A stretch of 64,000 nt of DNA from Stegostoma tigrinum (lineage: Eukaryota). The notes below the pieces were generated by a model, which had not been told where the DNA came from, ran no database searches, and saw nothing but the letters and a program-made list of their open reading frames with translations. The position numbers were made by a program, and so were the translations under genes. The stretch lies in the NCBI RefSeq assembly GCF_030684315.1, contig NC_081378.1:21610006-21674005 (forward strand), in the 5' to 3' direction. Below are positions 10,375 through 23,544 of the stretch, in pieces (within the stretch, counting starts at the first letter, position 1; every line of letters begins with the position of its first letter).

Positions 10375-11574
10375 ATGATCACGAGGGGCCACAATTCATG
10401 CTGGCAACGACTGCTGGTCAGTGGCAGCTTGTCGAAGTCAGGGAGTGAGGATGTGAGCAGAAGAGGTGCTGTGGCCCTGAGACATGCCAGCTGCCTGAGT
10501 AATGGACACTCAGGGGTGAAAACTTTCAGGATCACAGGAAGCAGGGGATGGCATTTGCAACCTGTATCTACAACCATTGATTGCAACCAAAAGTTAAACC
10601 ATAGGAGCATTAATGGGTTGTATTGTTTCTACACCAATGTAATGGGATTGAGCACTGAAACCGTAGCTATTCCATCATCTGAAATCAGTGCAACTGATCC
10701 AAACTATCCATTGGGAAGTGTGCAAGGCACTCCTCACTTAACAATCTGTAACACATCAAGTCAGTCCATGAGAGAGAAGCTACACTTCCAAACTGAGGGA
10801 AGACTATTGGCAGCCCACAGTTTGCTTGGCCTTTCCTCTCTGCCACTTGTGCATGTTAACCCTGGCTGTTCAACTTTCCTGACCCACAGACTATTTTCAC
10901 AGTCTGCCTCAGACAGGAGCTCAGGGAGCCCTCAGATCAGCTTGCGGTCCAAATTCCTGGTGACATGCCTTTTTGGCTGTGCAATAATGGGATTATGGTA
11001 CTATGTTCACTTGGAAAAGAAGCAGCAGGAAAAGGTGAAACGCCAGGAGCAGCTTCAGAAGTTAGCACTAGGTCAAGGTGATTTCACTTTGCTGGATCAC
11101 ACTGGAAAATCTAGAACCAAAAAGGACTTCTTAGGCAAGTGGGTTCTGCTTTACTTTGGATTCACCCATTGCCCTGACATCTGCCCAGATGAGCTGGACA
11201 AGATCTCAAGTGTGGTGCAGATTTTAGACATGGATAGGGCACTGCCTCCAGTCCAACCCATCTTTATCACAGTGGATCCAGACAGAGACGGAGTGGAGGA
11301 GATGGCGAGGTATATCAAGGATTTCCATTCTCGTATGATAGGATTGACTGGGACACCAGAGCAGATCAAGGATTTGGGGAAGGCATTCCGAGTATACTAC
11401 AGTGCTGGCCCCAAGGATGAAGATAATGACTACATTGTCGATCACACAATCATCATTTACCTTCTAAATCCAGATGGGCTTTTCACCGATTACTACAATC
11501 GGAGCAAAAATGACCAGGAAATTGCTGAGAGTATACGCAGCCACATGAAAAACTATGTCAATTTCTTCAGTTGA
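10375..11574 (+). CDS. SCO2: Cytochrome c oxidase assembly copper chaperone SCO2 (399 aa, single coding exon)
   Basis: TM helix FLVTCLFGCAIMGLWYY; thioredoxin-like domain with YFGFTHCPDICPDEL (CxxxC), FITVDPDRD, GLTGT and YIVDHTI (Cu-ligand His). The CDS is intronless, with acceptor ttttctttcaccacAG at 10363-10364, 10 nt before the ATG. It lies tail-to-tail with NCAPH2 as in human, which favours SCO2 over the multi-exon SCO1. Confidence 0.95.
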   Translation: MITRGHNSCWQRLLVSGSLSKSGSEDVSRRGAVALRHASCLSNGHSGVKTFRITGSRGWHLQPVSTTIDCNQKLNHRSINGLYCFYTNVMGLSTETVAIPSSEISATDPNYPLGSVQGTPHLTICNTSSQSMREKLHFQTEGRLLAAHSLLGLSSLPLVHVNPGCSTFLTHRLFSQSASDRSSGSPQISLRSKFLVTCLFGCAIMGLWYYVHLEKKQQEKVKRQEQLQKLALGQGDFTLLDHTGKSRTKKDFLGKWVLLYFGFTHCPDICPDELDKISSVVQILDMDRALPPVQPIFITVDPDRDGVEEMARYIKDFHSRMIGLTGTPEQIKDLGKAFRVYYSAGPKDEDNDYIVDHTIIIYLLNPDGLFTDYYNRSKNDQEIAESIRSHMKNYVNFFS

Positions 11575-11796
11575 TGAGTGGAGATTCTTAGAGAAGATTT
11601 GTGCTGGCATCAGTTGCAGGAGTGTAATTTGTTAAAGTACGTCTACCAGCCTCACTGTGAAAGATGTATTTTTGGCCCTTTGACCCTATTGATACTCTTA
11701 GCCATTCACATGATTCTCAGGTGTTTTGCCAGCCCAACCACAAATCAATGAAATTAGAGAGTTTGGCAGTAATCTTTAGTTATCATGTTTAATTAT

Positions 11797-12100
11797 GATG
11801 TGGAGGTGCAAGTGTAGGATTGGGGTGGACGTAGTCAAGAGTCACATGACACTTGGTTATAGTCCGGCAGATTTGTTTGAAATCACAAGCTGTCAAAGCA
11901 CTGCTCCTTTGTCAGGTGAAGTGAAGAAAGGCACAGAATTTATAGGCAGAGAGAGATCAAATGATCAGAAAAATTGTGTGTGGAGTGTCAGCAGGCTGAA
12001 CAGCAAGTGAAGGGGTGATCTATAATCCGATTAATTGAGGCAGAGAGATGATTTCAAATAAGTCTGTTGGACTTCAACCTGGTGTCGTGTGACTTCTGAA
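11797..12100. mobile_element. Short Penelope-derived insertion with inverted ends
   Basis: 10-bp direct repeat gtttaattat at 11787-11796 and 12101-12110; inverted arms ~11838-11881 and ~12052-12097. Confidence 0.6.
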
Positions 12101-12419
12101 GTTTAATTATCTGGTGGGATTGAATATCAGTCTGTGCGGGATGATTAATTATCCTTTATTTCATGCTTGTAGAAAATCTGGATGTCAACCTACAGTTCAA
12201 TGCAGGGTCCATTCAGTAATCTAATCAGGCGTGAATTGCTGTTTCCACACTGTTGCAAAAGTGTGTGTCTGTATATGTATGTCTGGGATGGTGGTGGTGA
12301 GTGAGTACCCCTCTAATAAATTTGACTGTAACTGTTTGGAATGCCTTGAACCAAACCTTAATTTTAATATGCCAACATACTCCTTAACGTCCACGAACAA
12401 TTTAAGAAGAAAGATATTC

Positions 12420-12685
12420 ATTTATGTAGTACCTTACGTTACCTTGGGTCATCCCGCAGCTGAGGTTAATTTTAAATATTCCAATTAGAAAATGCAGCAG
12501 CCAATTTGCTTATGTTAAGCTCTTACAAGAAGTGACATGATCATATCCAGATAATGTTTTTGAATAATATTGAAGGATAAATACTGATCAGGGACAGATC
12601 TTTTGCATTTCTATGAAATTGTCCGTCTGATGAGGTGCCTGCTGCAAAAGATGGCACTTCCAACAGTGCAGCTTTCCTGTACTAT
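12420..12685 (-). mobile_element. Old Deu-domain-like SINE (SacSINE1/AmnSINE-related)
   Basis: The minus strand has gctgcactgttggaagtgccatctttt and a 3' tail; related remnants at ~18000-18200 and ~37130-37270. Confidence 0.4.
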
Positions 12686-13939
12686 GTAAATAATAAATAG
12701 AATCACAGTCTGTATATTGTCAATATTTTCAACTGAATCAAACCTTCATTGTACATGGGAACAAATCACAATCATTGCCGATGTTCTAGCTATTTACAAC
12801 AGGATTAGCAGGAAGATGGGAGAACTCAGTTAATTTAGGACAGTCTAAATAACAGTTAATGCAATTTTAGCAGTGCTAAAACTCATTTATCTTTGAATTT
12901 TAAGGAGCAGGCTTGGGTCAGTCCTGTGGAACCAACACAGGGAGGCATAGACTTCAAATTGTAATTTGCTGTCCAGCACTGGTCTTCATTATGTTAGAAG
13001 ACTGGGTTCAAAATGGAACAATTCTTGGAGATATTGTGTGATACATGGTTTACTCAAGTTTTAGTACTGCTCCTTGAGATTTTGAATGCCCAAGGTTTCA
13101 AAATGCTCACCTGCAACTTCTGCGATTTCTAACAAGTTATTTGAATAAATCTCAATGTAATTCTGAATTTAATTAATCTACCATTAATAATGTCAACTTG
13201 ATCAGCTGGTCTGTGACACATTTGTATAATGACTGTTTTCATCCTTAGAATAAATTGGCAACAGGTATGACATAACATGAAGTAAAATGACGAATTATGT
13301 AGAAGTTTAAGGGATGAGACAACCTATAACATTCCCAGTGCTAGGACTGCAGTAGAGATTTTTCCTCATCAAAAAGCTATAGAACAATAGGCAAGGTATA
13401 TTCTAAGTTGTTGTGTTCTAACATATTCTAATATAGTCCTGTGATTTTACTCAACTGTCAGGCACCTTTCCATTGCTGAAGTTCTAAATGAAACAAATTA
13501 TCAAAATAAATTTCATTAAATCAGAAATGAAAGGAGGACACCAGCCTATATGAAACACAATCTTGATTCCCTGCTTGTTCCTTCCAAATTTTTCAAATAG
13601 CTGATTAAAGTATTGCATTTAATTCCAGGCAGTCCACTGTAGATATTTTTTAGACTTTAAAGAAGATAATGGCACTATGGTGTTGAGAAAGAGGATGAAC
13701 TGTAATCATTTTGATGGTGGAGCAGGATCAAAGGGCTGAATGGTCTGCTGTTCCCAGTTTCACTGTTTAGGAAAGGTCTCAAGACCTTTGTGAGGGTTTA
13801 AGATATTTTGCAAGAATTGTACGTGAGGAGGGGTTAGAGAAAATGGAATTGTTGTTAGCATAGAAATAGTTAATAACACTAAAGGAATGAAGAAAGCAAT
13901 ACAAAAGAGTTCTTTAAAGTGAATCAGGGTGGAGGAATG

Positions 13940-14960
13940 AGAACACAGAACAGTACTGGCCTTTCGGCCCATGATGTCGTACTGACCTATTATCTGACTA
14001 AGATTAAACTGTCCTGCACACCCTCCATCATAATGTCATCCATGTGCCTATCCAAGAGTCGCTTAGATGTCTCTAATGTATCTGACCCCACTACCACTGC
14101 TGGCTCACGTTCCACACACCTACCACTTTCTGTGTAAAGAACCTACCTCTGACATCTCCCCATACCTTCCTCCAATCACCTTAAAATTATCCTCCCTTGT
14201 AATAGTCATTTGCGCCCTGGAAAAAACTCTCTGGGTATTCACTCTATCTGTGCCTCTCATCATCTTGTACACCTCTGTCAAGTCACCTCTCATCTTTCTT
14301 CACTCCAATGAGAAAAGCCCTAGCTCTCCCAATCTTTCTTCCCAAGACCTGCCCTTCAGTTGAGGCAGCATCCTGGTAAATCTCCTCTGCACCCTCTCTA
14401 AAGCTTCTACATCCTTCCTATAATAAGGCGACCAGAACTGAACACAATATTCCAAGTGTGGTCTAACCAGTGTTTTATAGAGCTGTAGCATAACCTTGTG
14501 GCTCTTAAACTGAATTCCCCTGCCAATGAAAGACAACACACCATACGCCTTGTTTATAACCTTATCAACTTGGGTAGCAACTTTGAGTGATCTATGGACA
14601 CGGACCCCAAGATCCCTCTGTTCCTCCACATTGCAGAGAATCCTGCCATTAACCCTGTATTCTGCATTCAAATTCTACCTTCCAAAATGAATCACTTCAC
14701 ATTTTTTGGGGTGAATCCAATTTGCCATGTCTTTGCCCAGCTCTGTATCCTGTCACTGTCCCATTGCAACCTACAATAGGCCTCCATGCTATCCATTACT
14801 CCACCAACCTTCGCGTCATTGGCAAGCTTACTAATCCACCCTTTCACTTCCTCATCCGACTCAATTATAAAGATGATTAAGAGCAGAGGTGCCAGAACAG
14901 ATCCCTGTGGAACACCACTGGTCACCAAGCTCCAGGCTGAATACTTTCCATCTACTACAA
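13940..14960 (-). mobile_element. CR1 LINE 3' fragment
   Basis: ORFs with VTSGVPQGSVLAP, QRDLGVRVHRSLK and LYKTLVRPHLEYCVQFWSPYYRKDVEALERVQRRFTRM. Confidence 0.92.
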
Positions 14961-16084
14961 GTCAAAGGAACGGCAAAGCAGATTAACCTCAAAAAGACGA
15001 TCTGTGGAGGCAAAAGGCATTGCTGGGAAACACTTCAACAGGCAGAATGACAAGTAGCAATTTGAACGAAATGGGGTCTGTAGAACAGAGACCTGGGGGC
15101 GTATGTAAAACAAATGTTTGAAGCAGCAGGACAACTTGAGAGCAAATGGAATCTTTAGCTTTATATTTAGGAGTAGAGTACAATGGCATGGAAGATATGA
15201 TAGATCTCTTTGAAATATTGATTAGTCCACAGCTGGAGTTTGTGGTTACTGCAATTCATAAAGGAAGTCAAGATTTTGAAGAAAGTTCAACACTACAATA
15301 GTATAAGGATGAATGACCCCAGTTATATGTTGAAAGAGTGGAAAAGCTAGTTTCTCTTTAAAGGTCAAAAGTGAGGATGATTGCACAACATTCAGAAATA
15401 TTTGTGACTCCTCAAATACTGAAACAGTCCATGTCCAAATGCAACAAGATATGGATATTATCCACATTATCCACACCTGCCAAATAACATGCATCCCACA
15501 CAAGTGCCTGGCAATGATCATATTCAACAGATGCTACCAGACCTGTTGTGTTTTTCCAACATTTTCTGTTTGCACTTAGAATTTTCAAAATTCTTTTCAA
15601 ACTACTTCATAGCCTGCCCATGAAGGTCTTGTCACCCAGGAGGTAACATACCTGTTTTTGAGCTAGAAGCTCCATAATCAAGTTACAATTCAAAACTTGT
15701 GAACTATGGAAGGAATGCTTCTGACATGGTCCAACACTTATCCAAGGGGAAAACATATATGAAGATACATATCAAAAAAACAACAGCCTTATCCTTCCAT
15801 ATCTCTAATCTCCTTCAGCCCAACACTTCTCAATCTTTTGCACTCACTCTGCAGTGAAAATTTCAGTAGTAACATTAAACAGTGAGACCCCTCCATTCTA
15901 ATAAATTGCATTCCATTTGTGTTGTGCAGGTTAGTGACACTATGTGAAAGGAAGGCATTGCTTCTGTTTCCCTGGAAGTAAAGGCAGTGGGCTGAAGGTT
16001 CACCTGTATTGCATTGGATCGGTGGGGAAACCACATTCCTTTGAAATCTTACGCTGTGTATCCCAATTTATTACATAACATTGG

Positions 16085-16530
16085 TATGGAGGGATTGTCT
16101 TATGACAGGTTGAGCAGGTTGGGTGTGTACTCATTGGAGTTTAGAATAACAATAGCCTACCGTATTAAAACATACAAGATTTTTAGGGAGCTTAATAGGG
16201 TAGATGCAGAAAGGTTGTTTCCACTTACGGGAGAGCCTAAGACCAGAGCATATAATCTTAGAACGAGGGGTTGTACACTTAAGATCGTGATGAGGAGAAA
16301 TTTTTTCTCTCAAAGGGTTATGAATTTGTGTAATTCTTCACCACAGAGGGCTGCTGAGGTTGAGTCAAGAATATTTAAAGCTGAAGTAGGCAGATCCTTT
16401 ATACATAAGGGAATCAGGGTTATGGGGAAAAGTTAGGAGTGTGGAATTCAGGATGATCAGATCAGTCATGAAAGAATGGCAGAGCAAACTCGATAGGCTG
16501 AATAACCTACTTCTGTGTTTTATGGTATAC
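16085..16530 (+). mobile_element. CR1 LINE 3' end
   Basis: RLSRLGVYSLEFR...RRNFFSQRVMNLCNS. Confidence 0.8.
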
Positions 16531-16740
16531 AATATCCAACGGGCGTTTCATTCCCATTTTCAGGGATCTTCCAATCCCAAATTGATGAAAAAGTTTAAGC
16601 ACAGAATGCAATCGAGTTCTAAGTTTACTGCAGTACTTTTACAAAATTTAGATTTGTACATTTTTAAAAATCCCACTTTGTACAGATTTGTGATTATCTG
16701 CTCCTGATGGCACACACTATTCCCCAAAATACAAGCATCA

Positions 16741-16746
16741 TTTATT
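16741..16746 (-). promoter_or_regulatory. Candidate NCAPH2 polyadenylation signal AATAAA
   Basis: tttatt on + lies ~700 nt downstream of the stop codon; not verified by transcript data. Confidence 0.3.
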
Positions 16747-17441
16747 ACCATCCAATCGAATTTCAATTCATAAACATTTCTGGATTCTCACTTTCTCATT
16801 CAGAAAGGTGAGGCTAGGGAGGAAGAATGTTTGATAAAACAATTGTATTTTTTAAAATATGAAATCAAAGTCTTTCTTCTCCAGCATGGGCTGGAGTGAG
16901 GAAATTATTGCACAAAACCTCACCTAAATATAAATGGACAAGCCCTAACTTTACAAATGTTACACTTGGCACAAGGTTAGATATAGCACTTAATTGAAGA
17001 GATTTTCTCCTTCACAAATCTGCTAAGCATCTCAAAAAGCATAGACAATGATAGCTGCACTCATTTTGATTATATTTCCCTCCATCAGAAAATCATGAGT
17101 TTGTATAAAAATACTGCACAGGATGCAGCCAGTAAACTGCACGAAGCACATTATATAATCAAAACAGCCCAGGATAGTAGCTGTACAGAACACAGCAAAT
17201 ATATAAGCATAAGTAGAGAATAATCACAATCCAGGAATTGTTTTGGCAGGGCTTAGGGCAAGTGGTGCATTCCACTGAAACATGAGGAACATGCATCCTT
17301 TTAGTCAGTGTCCCAGACACTTGCTGTCATACGGCGAGGAAATATGGGCATAGTCCCTCCTGGTGTGCCATAAACAATGGATGTAATGTCAAGATTGCAG
17401 TTTGAGGACTGTGCAAGTTGAATGAAGGTCTGTGAATCTTC

Positions 17442-17582
17442 TCATTTATTTGAAATGGATGGAGCCATGTATGTCCGGAAACGTTCGTGAGCTCTTACTT
17501 TGCTCAAAAGGGTCAGTTCCATTGTGTCGACTGATTCATACAGCCCTTCTTTTTGCCATATGTCCACTGTGTAGTCATTGGC
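17442..17582 (-). CDS. NCAPH2: NCAPH2 coding exon 20 ([46 protein letters not shown])
   Basis: ctttgcAG acceptor; TGA at 17444-17442; 141 nt. Confidence 0.95.
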   Translation of the reverse strand, partial: ANDYTVDIWQKEGLYESVDTMELTLLSKVRAHERFRTYMAPSISNK

Positions 17583-18527
17583 CTGCAAAGGAGAGGAAAC
17601 AGATCTCACCATGAGCAGCTGAGGGATAGTTAATATTCACAGCACTGGAGCTAAACTTGGCATTACCGTAACAGGCATTCAGAGTCCACACTGAAGTAAA
17701 TCTCGTTAGCCCACTCTCTGTACAGAGGCACCCCTGAACATCCAGAAGTTAACACAAGGATGGGGTAAAAACAATGGGTAAATGAGAGGAAAAAAGTAAA
17801 TCCAAAGGAACTGAAGGAAACAAAATCTCAGCGATGGCATACCCAGGAACCTTATGTATCCATCCCAAAGCATCAATTATATAATTGTTCATTGTCACAA
17901 AGTCAAGTAAAACCCATTTGAGACATCTTAAGTTTAAAGTTCTCATCCTCCAACAATACATCACTTCTTCAGTGTGATTCCTCCATGAGTGCAACCACCC
18001 CATGTACCACTCCTCTAATACTGCAGCACCTGTTCAGTGCTGCTTCTCCAACAATGTAGCACTCTCACAGTACTGCCTCTCCAAAGATGCTGCACCCTTT
18101 CAGCAACAACTTAGCTGGTGTTTGACAGCCCTCAGCTCAGGGCTTGAATCTTCAGTCTTCTAACTCAGAGGCAGGAATGCTGTCATTGAGCCAAGCTGGC
18201 ACTGAGACTACCCATTAATGAAATCCATCAGGGAAAAAAGTGCTAGTGTGCAGTAACAACATATCAGGTCATTCATTCATTCATACTATCCACCTGAAAT
18301 ATCTCTATTTTGAACCATTGTTGAGTCGCAACATATTTCTTAGGCTTTGTTCACCGAATTGCTTTCAACTGCATCCCCACATCATATCTGCCTAGTTTAT
18401 AGCAAAGTTCTGTTCTCACTTTCTTTGCACTCACCTTCCTTTCAGTCACCACATGTTGCTATGGTGGTGGGTGCATGAAGCTCCTGATTCTTATCTAATC
18501 TCAATTCACAGTGAAGAACATGCTTAC

Positions 18528-18677
18528 CAGTTGCAGCGTGGCCAGCATATATCTGCACACTTCGAATGCCTCCTTTCCAGCCACAATGCTTGCAAATGAA
18601 CGCCTCTGTCTGATGCAGTCAAACGCATCCATAATTCTGATTCCATAATCATGGATGTCAAAGGCAGCTCGTTCATC
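18528..18677 (-). CDS. NCAPH2: NCAPH2 coding exon 19 ([12 protein letters not shown]...[13 protein letters not shown])
   Basis: AG/GTAAG flanks; 150 nt; C-terminal kleisin domain. Confidence 0.95.
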
Positions 18678-19530
18678 CTACAGGAGATCAGAAACATTGC
18701 AAATAGTCAGAATGTGATAAGGAGGGACTTATAGAATAGAGCCATTAAAACTACCCTCTATGTCCCAATCTTTTCAAAAGATCTATGTAGTTTAAACCCA
18801 TCCTCTGCAAATTACTCAATTTGATTTTGACCATTGCTGTTGAATTTGCTTGCACCACCACTTAGGTCATGCATGCCAAGTTGCGATAATTTGTTGCATG
18901 AAACCTGCCATCTGACTTCTTGACAATTGTCTTTTCTGTTTTATGCTTATATAGAACATATAGTACAGAGAAGGTATTCAAACTAAAATGTTAATGGTGG
19001 CATTTATACTTTTTACTGTAAATCCCTCCCATCCTTCCTTACCCAGCACATTTTGCATGATCCTCCAATTCCTTCCATCTCTACACTTATATACATCCTG
19101 AAGTGTATCTGTACTCTTCACCTTAACTACTCCTTGTAGCAGCAAGTTCCATTTCTCAACCACTCTGGTGAAAGAATTGTTTCTGAATTCCCTATTTGAT
19201 TTTTCTCAATCACCACCTTATGGTGATGTAGTTTTGCTCTTCCTGAAAAAGGAAACATTTTCTCGTGTTTATCTGATAAAACCTTTACAATTTTAAAGGA
19301 TTCTGTTAAGTTAGCCCTCAGCCATTTACTTTCGAGAGAAAAGAGTCCAGTTGTTCAAACCACAACGAAGCTATTGTTGGTGAACTAGCTTTGTTGCAAT
19401 GGTAACAATGTAGGAAATCCAGCAACAACTGGGGCATCCCAACAGGGAGTGACGGCTGCTCCCAAATGGTGCGAACAGCTAAGCTGTGCACGGAGGATTC
19501 AATGCAGTATCCCAGCAAAATCAGCCACAC

Positions 19531-19888
19531 ATTGTAGAATCCCTACAGTGTGGAAGCAGGACATTCAGCCCATTGATTCCACATCAACTCTCCGAACAGC
19601 ATCCCACCAGACCCATTCCCCCACTAACCTTATTCCTTGAAATTCTGCATTTCCCACGACTAATCCATCTAGCCTGCATATTTCCGGACACTATGGCAAT
19701 TTAGCACAGCAGTCCATATAACCTGCACATCTTTGGCTGTGGGAGGAAACCACAGCACCCAGAAGAAACCCCATGCAGACACAGGGAGAACATGCAAACT
19801 CCACACAGATAGTCACCCAAGGGTGGAATCGAACTCAGGTCCTTGGTGCTGTGAGGCAGCAGTGCTAACCACTGAATCACCATGCCAT
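19531..19888 (-). mobile_element. HE1/V-SINE-like SINE
   Basis: Same family as 8725-9062. Confidence 0.85.
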
Positions 19889-21793
19889 TTTTTAAAAAAA
19901 AATATTTCGAGAAATTTGTGCAGCCTCAGGCAAGGTCACTGATGGTTGATCACCTTAAATGCCTTTGAGAAGCTGGTAATAAGCCACATTCCTGAACTGA
20001 TGTAGTCCACGTACTGTTTGTTCACCTGAAGTGCAATTAGGGAGTTACAACTAAAAATGATAAATGGTGACATTTTAATTTACGTTAGTAGCTAAACGAA
20101 GCCTATATAAGTCTGCATGGGCCGAACAAAGTGGTGATAAGACCGCATGGATAACAGAATGGATCGAAACCTTAATCAACGAGATTCTTGAATGGAAGAC
20201 CAGGCTCCAGCACTAAATGGCCTCTTCTTGCATTTAATTCTAGTTTTTGTGATTTTGGAGCAAGTATGCACTTTCCCTAATATAATTGGGAAGATGTCCA
20301 TGAAAGGACAACTACCTGGGCACAGAAACACCATTTCCCCTTTCTCAGCTATGGAATTTTTACAGCCTCCCCAAGCTCCAAATGGAAGGGTTGGGAAATA
20401 GAAGAAATTGTTTAACTACACAGCCTGAAGATTGTTGCAGCAACTCAGTAGCTGCCAGATGAAGGAATAAAAGTGGACTTCAGGTTTGCAAGTTGAAAAA
20501 CAACAAGTTAGAGTTAGGAAGGATTACAGAAATTGAAATTGCAACAATTGAGGGCTAGGGTGGAATAAAATACAACAAGAATTGTCCACCAGATGGATAT
20601 GGTGAAAAGCATAACCAAAGAATCTTTTAAATCCATACTGATAATATGGTACACCATAGTTTACAGCATGTGTGCACAGACAAAATAAATAGTCATAATT
20701 ACTAAGTTAGACTAACTACGTGCGTTTTTGTAAATTCTGTATTAATTGAATATAAACTTCAAAGTGATCCAACATAAAGCCAACAAAAAAAAGATTTACT
20801 GTTGTCTCATGATAATGCCCTTCTCAATTATTATTCACTTCTGCCTAGACATTGCCTAACTCTTACTACCTCCTCTTGGTTTATACCTTAACAGTAGATG
20901 CAATAGTGAATTCTCCTTTATTGCATGCTTGCATACCAGGTTAGAAAGGAGTCCGGAACTCATTGTAGGAACTCTATTCCACTTTACTCATCACTTCTGG
21001 CCAAATTAATTCAGGGTAATGGAACTTCTCCATTTTTCAAAATTCATTTCCTTAATTTGTTTTCATCCTTCTTCCTTTGGTTTATTTTCACTTTTGGATG
21101 GTTTGTAGATTTCCTGAATAAAGTGTTCGATGCTTTTACATCTATTTATGTGAATTCTATTCTGTCTGACTCATGGCTACACCACACTTTGGTACTGCCA
21201 TAGTTATTTCTAACAAAGACAGCTATTTCACGCTCCATTTCCGTTCGTTCCAAATTGCCCCCTCTGGAAGTTTAAGTCTCAGTTTGATTTTTATGAAGCC
21301 ATTTCTCAGTAATTCCTATTATATCTGGTTCCTCATTGTCTCCAGCTTTCCTATTTTATCATGGACATTGCGTATTGTAGAGATAGTTACATTCATTTTT
21401 AATAGCAGTTACTTTCCACTTTATTTATATTATTTGTTCCACAACTCCCTTATCATTTATGGCCTTTCGTTTAATATGCCTTATTACCTCCTTTATTGCT
21501 TCTGTTGCATTGAAGATCATTTCATTTCCTAGGAGGTACATACACCCTTCCAGTATTATTAATTACTGACCCTTCAGCCAGCCCTTCAAAGAACAGCCAC
21601 CATACAAAAGAGAGTTTCAGCAAAGGAAAATCTAAAATAAAACCTGAAAATGCTGGAATGACACTGTCAGTAGGAGACTGAAGTAAGATCATAATTTTCA
21701 GCCTAATTTGTTAAAATGCTAAGTAATCTGCCATAATCACCACACCCCCAAGAATATTGCTTGCCACATTAGGCTCAATGAAATCACTCGTAC

Positions 21794-21895
21794 CTGTTCT
21801 TCAAGTCTTGGGCCAATTTTCTCCTCCCAGTCCCTCACACGAAGGGATAGGGCTGTTTCCTTGGCATACTGCTGGGAGTTAGCGATGAACAGCTC
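21794..21895 (-). CDS. NCAPH2: NCAPH2 coding exon 18 ([34 protein letters not shown])
   Basis: AG/GT flanks; 102 nt. Confidence 0.95.
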
Positions 21896-22674
21896 CTGGA
21901 ACACAAGAATGTGTCAATCTAGAACAGCTCAGTCCAACAATGCACTAGGAATTGCCAAGAATTCAGGATCAGAGATGAACACAAGTCTCAGGTGCATTGT
22001 GAGACTCACTTCTTACATGTACAGGATGTATGTAAATTAGAACAGTAAAAACAGCCTGTACTCCAGCTTACATAGTGTTCATCACAGCCAGGGCATTGTA
22101 AGGAGTATATCACCCTTTTATTCCCTACAACATTGTCCTTTCCTTTCATATTAAAATGAACAGTATATACCTCAACAACACTACTCTTGTATATTTAAAT
22201 AAGGGGGTTATTACCCTCTCCTCCACCACCTTCTCAGGAAAACTAAATTATCATATTTAAATGCCAGCCTTATCACTGATGCTCTCATCCAAAGAATGAA
22301 TTATGAAATCTTTGGATACTGGATACTGGATCTACTGTGAGCCTACTAAATCACAGGAGGCAGCAATTGGGCCCATCGTGTCTGCACCTGCGAGTATGTC
22401 AATCTGCTGCCTTTTCCATATCGCTGCACACTATTTACATTGAAATAATTAATGCCTCAATACCTGAATACCTCAATGAAACCCACCTTTACTGAACTTC
22501 TAGACAGGTCATTTCATACCCTAACTAATAATCAAATAACCTGGTCCTCCAAACATGTGTACTGATTTCAACTGGAGCAGAGATTTTAATTATAACTGAA
22601 TGTTAAAACATTTTCCACATGGTTACTGAATAATGGAGGCTAAAACATATTTCGTTTTCAGGAATTTTACATAC

Positions 22675-22730
22675 CACATTCCTTCTGACAAGTTCCTCAT
22701 AACACGCTGATCCCATTTCTCCAAAAGGTT
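22675..22730 (-). CDS. NCAPH2: NCAPH2 coding exon 17 (PFGEMGSACYEELVRRNV)
   Basis: AG/GT flanks; 56 nt; YEELVRRNV motif. Confidence 0.92.
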
Positions 22731-22891
22731 CTGCAATTACAGATGGTAACTTAATTACTGACAGAAAACAACAGCTGGAAATTGTTGCTGTCTTACAGGA
22801 GTGTTTACCCAGTGTTACACAGAGGAGAGTGGAGTGTTAAACTTGTGTTACAGGGACAAGTTTTATCCATATTTAGAGGAAGGGATATTAC

Positions 22892-22960
22892 CCAGATTTG
22901 GGGGGCTGTGGTTGTCCTGAGCTGCATCAGCTTCTTGATCCAAATTAATGTCGTAATCAT
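22892..22960 (-). CDS. NCAPH2: NCAPH2 coding exon 16 (DYDINLDQEADAAQDNHSPPNL)
   Basis: Poly-T cAG/GTAAT flanks; 69 nt; phase 1-1. Confidence 0.8.
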
Positions 22961-23544
22961 CTGAAAAAAAAAACACAGATTGAAATGTTGCAGCTTTCCA
23001 ACTGCTCACAATATTTTGGTTAATAATGCTAAATTAATATGTCAAACAGCAGGCAAACTCAACTTTCATGCACAATTGGTTCATGACCCAAGCTCACCGC
23101 TGGATCTCACAGACTCATTGCTGATCCCTGACTGCCCTTGAGAAAGGTAGAATGAGCTATCTTTTTCAACCACTGCAGTCCATCTGGTGTAGGTACCTCC
23201 ACAATGCTATAAGGAAGAGTTGTGTGAGAGGAGAGATTGATCAGATCATTTCTACCTGTCCATCTTTGCTCTATATTGCCAGGACAAATGGCCTGTGACC
23301 AAGCACATGAACATTGTTCACTTTTTCCACTCTCCCGTGCCCAAAGGTAATCTGCCTAAACCGCAGCATCCCAAATAATATGACAAGACACCAGAGATTC
23401 TTCCTGGATTATGATGAAGCAGAATCTCGATATTTCAGTGATAGAAACCATTGCTGAATTACTTGGATCTGGATGTGAGAATAGCTTCTCCACGCCATAT
23501 CTAAAAGGAATTCTGTGAACAATTTGGTGCCATTATCTAAGAGG

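Noticed and set aside
9997-10610. Antisense ORFs (131 aa and 84 aa) over the SCO2 first intron and 5' CDS
   Set aside because: Low-complexity Pro-rich products of G-rich intron sequence, or antisense shadows of the SCO2 CDS.
10375-11574. SCO1 or a processed pseudogene
   Set aside because: The ORF is intact, with an upstream intron and promoter; an intronless CDS adjacent to NCAPH2 is characteristic of SCO2.
20925-21532. Hydrophobic ORFs suggesting a membrane protein or NUMT
   Set aside because: T-rich degraded intronic sequence with no recognisable mitochondrial or other protein motifs.
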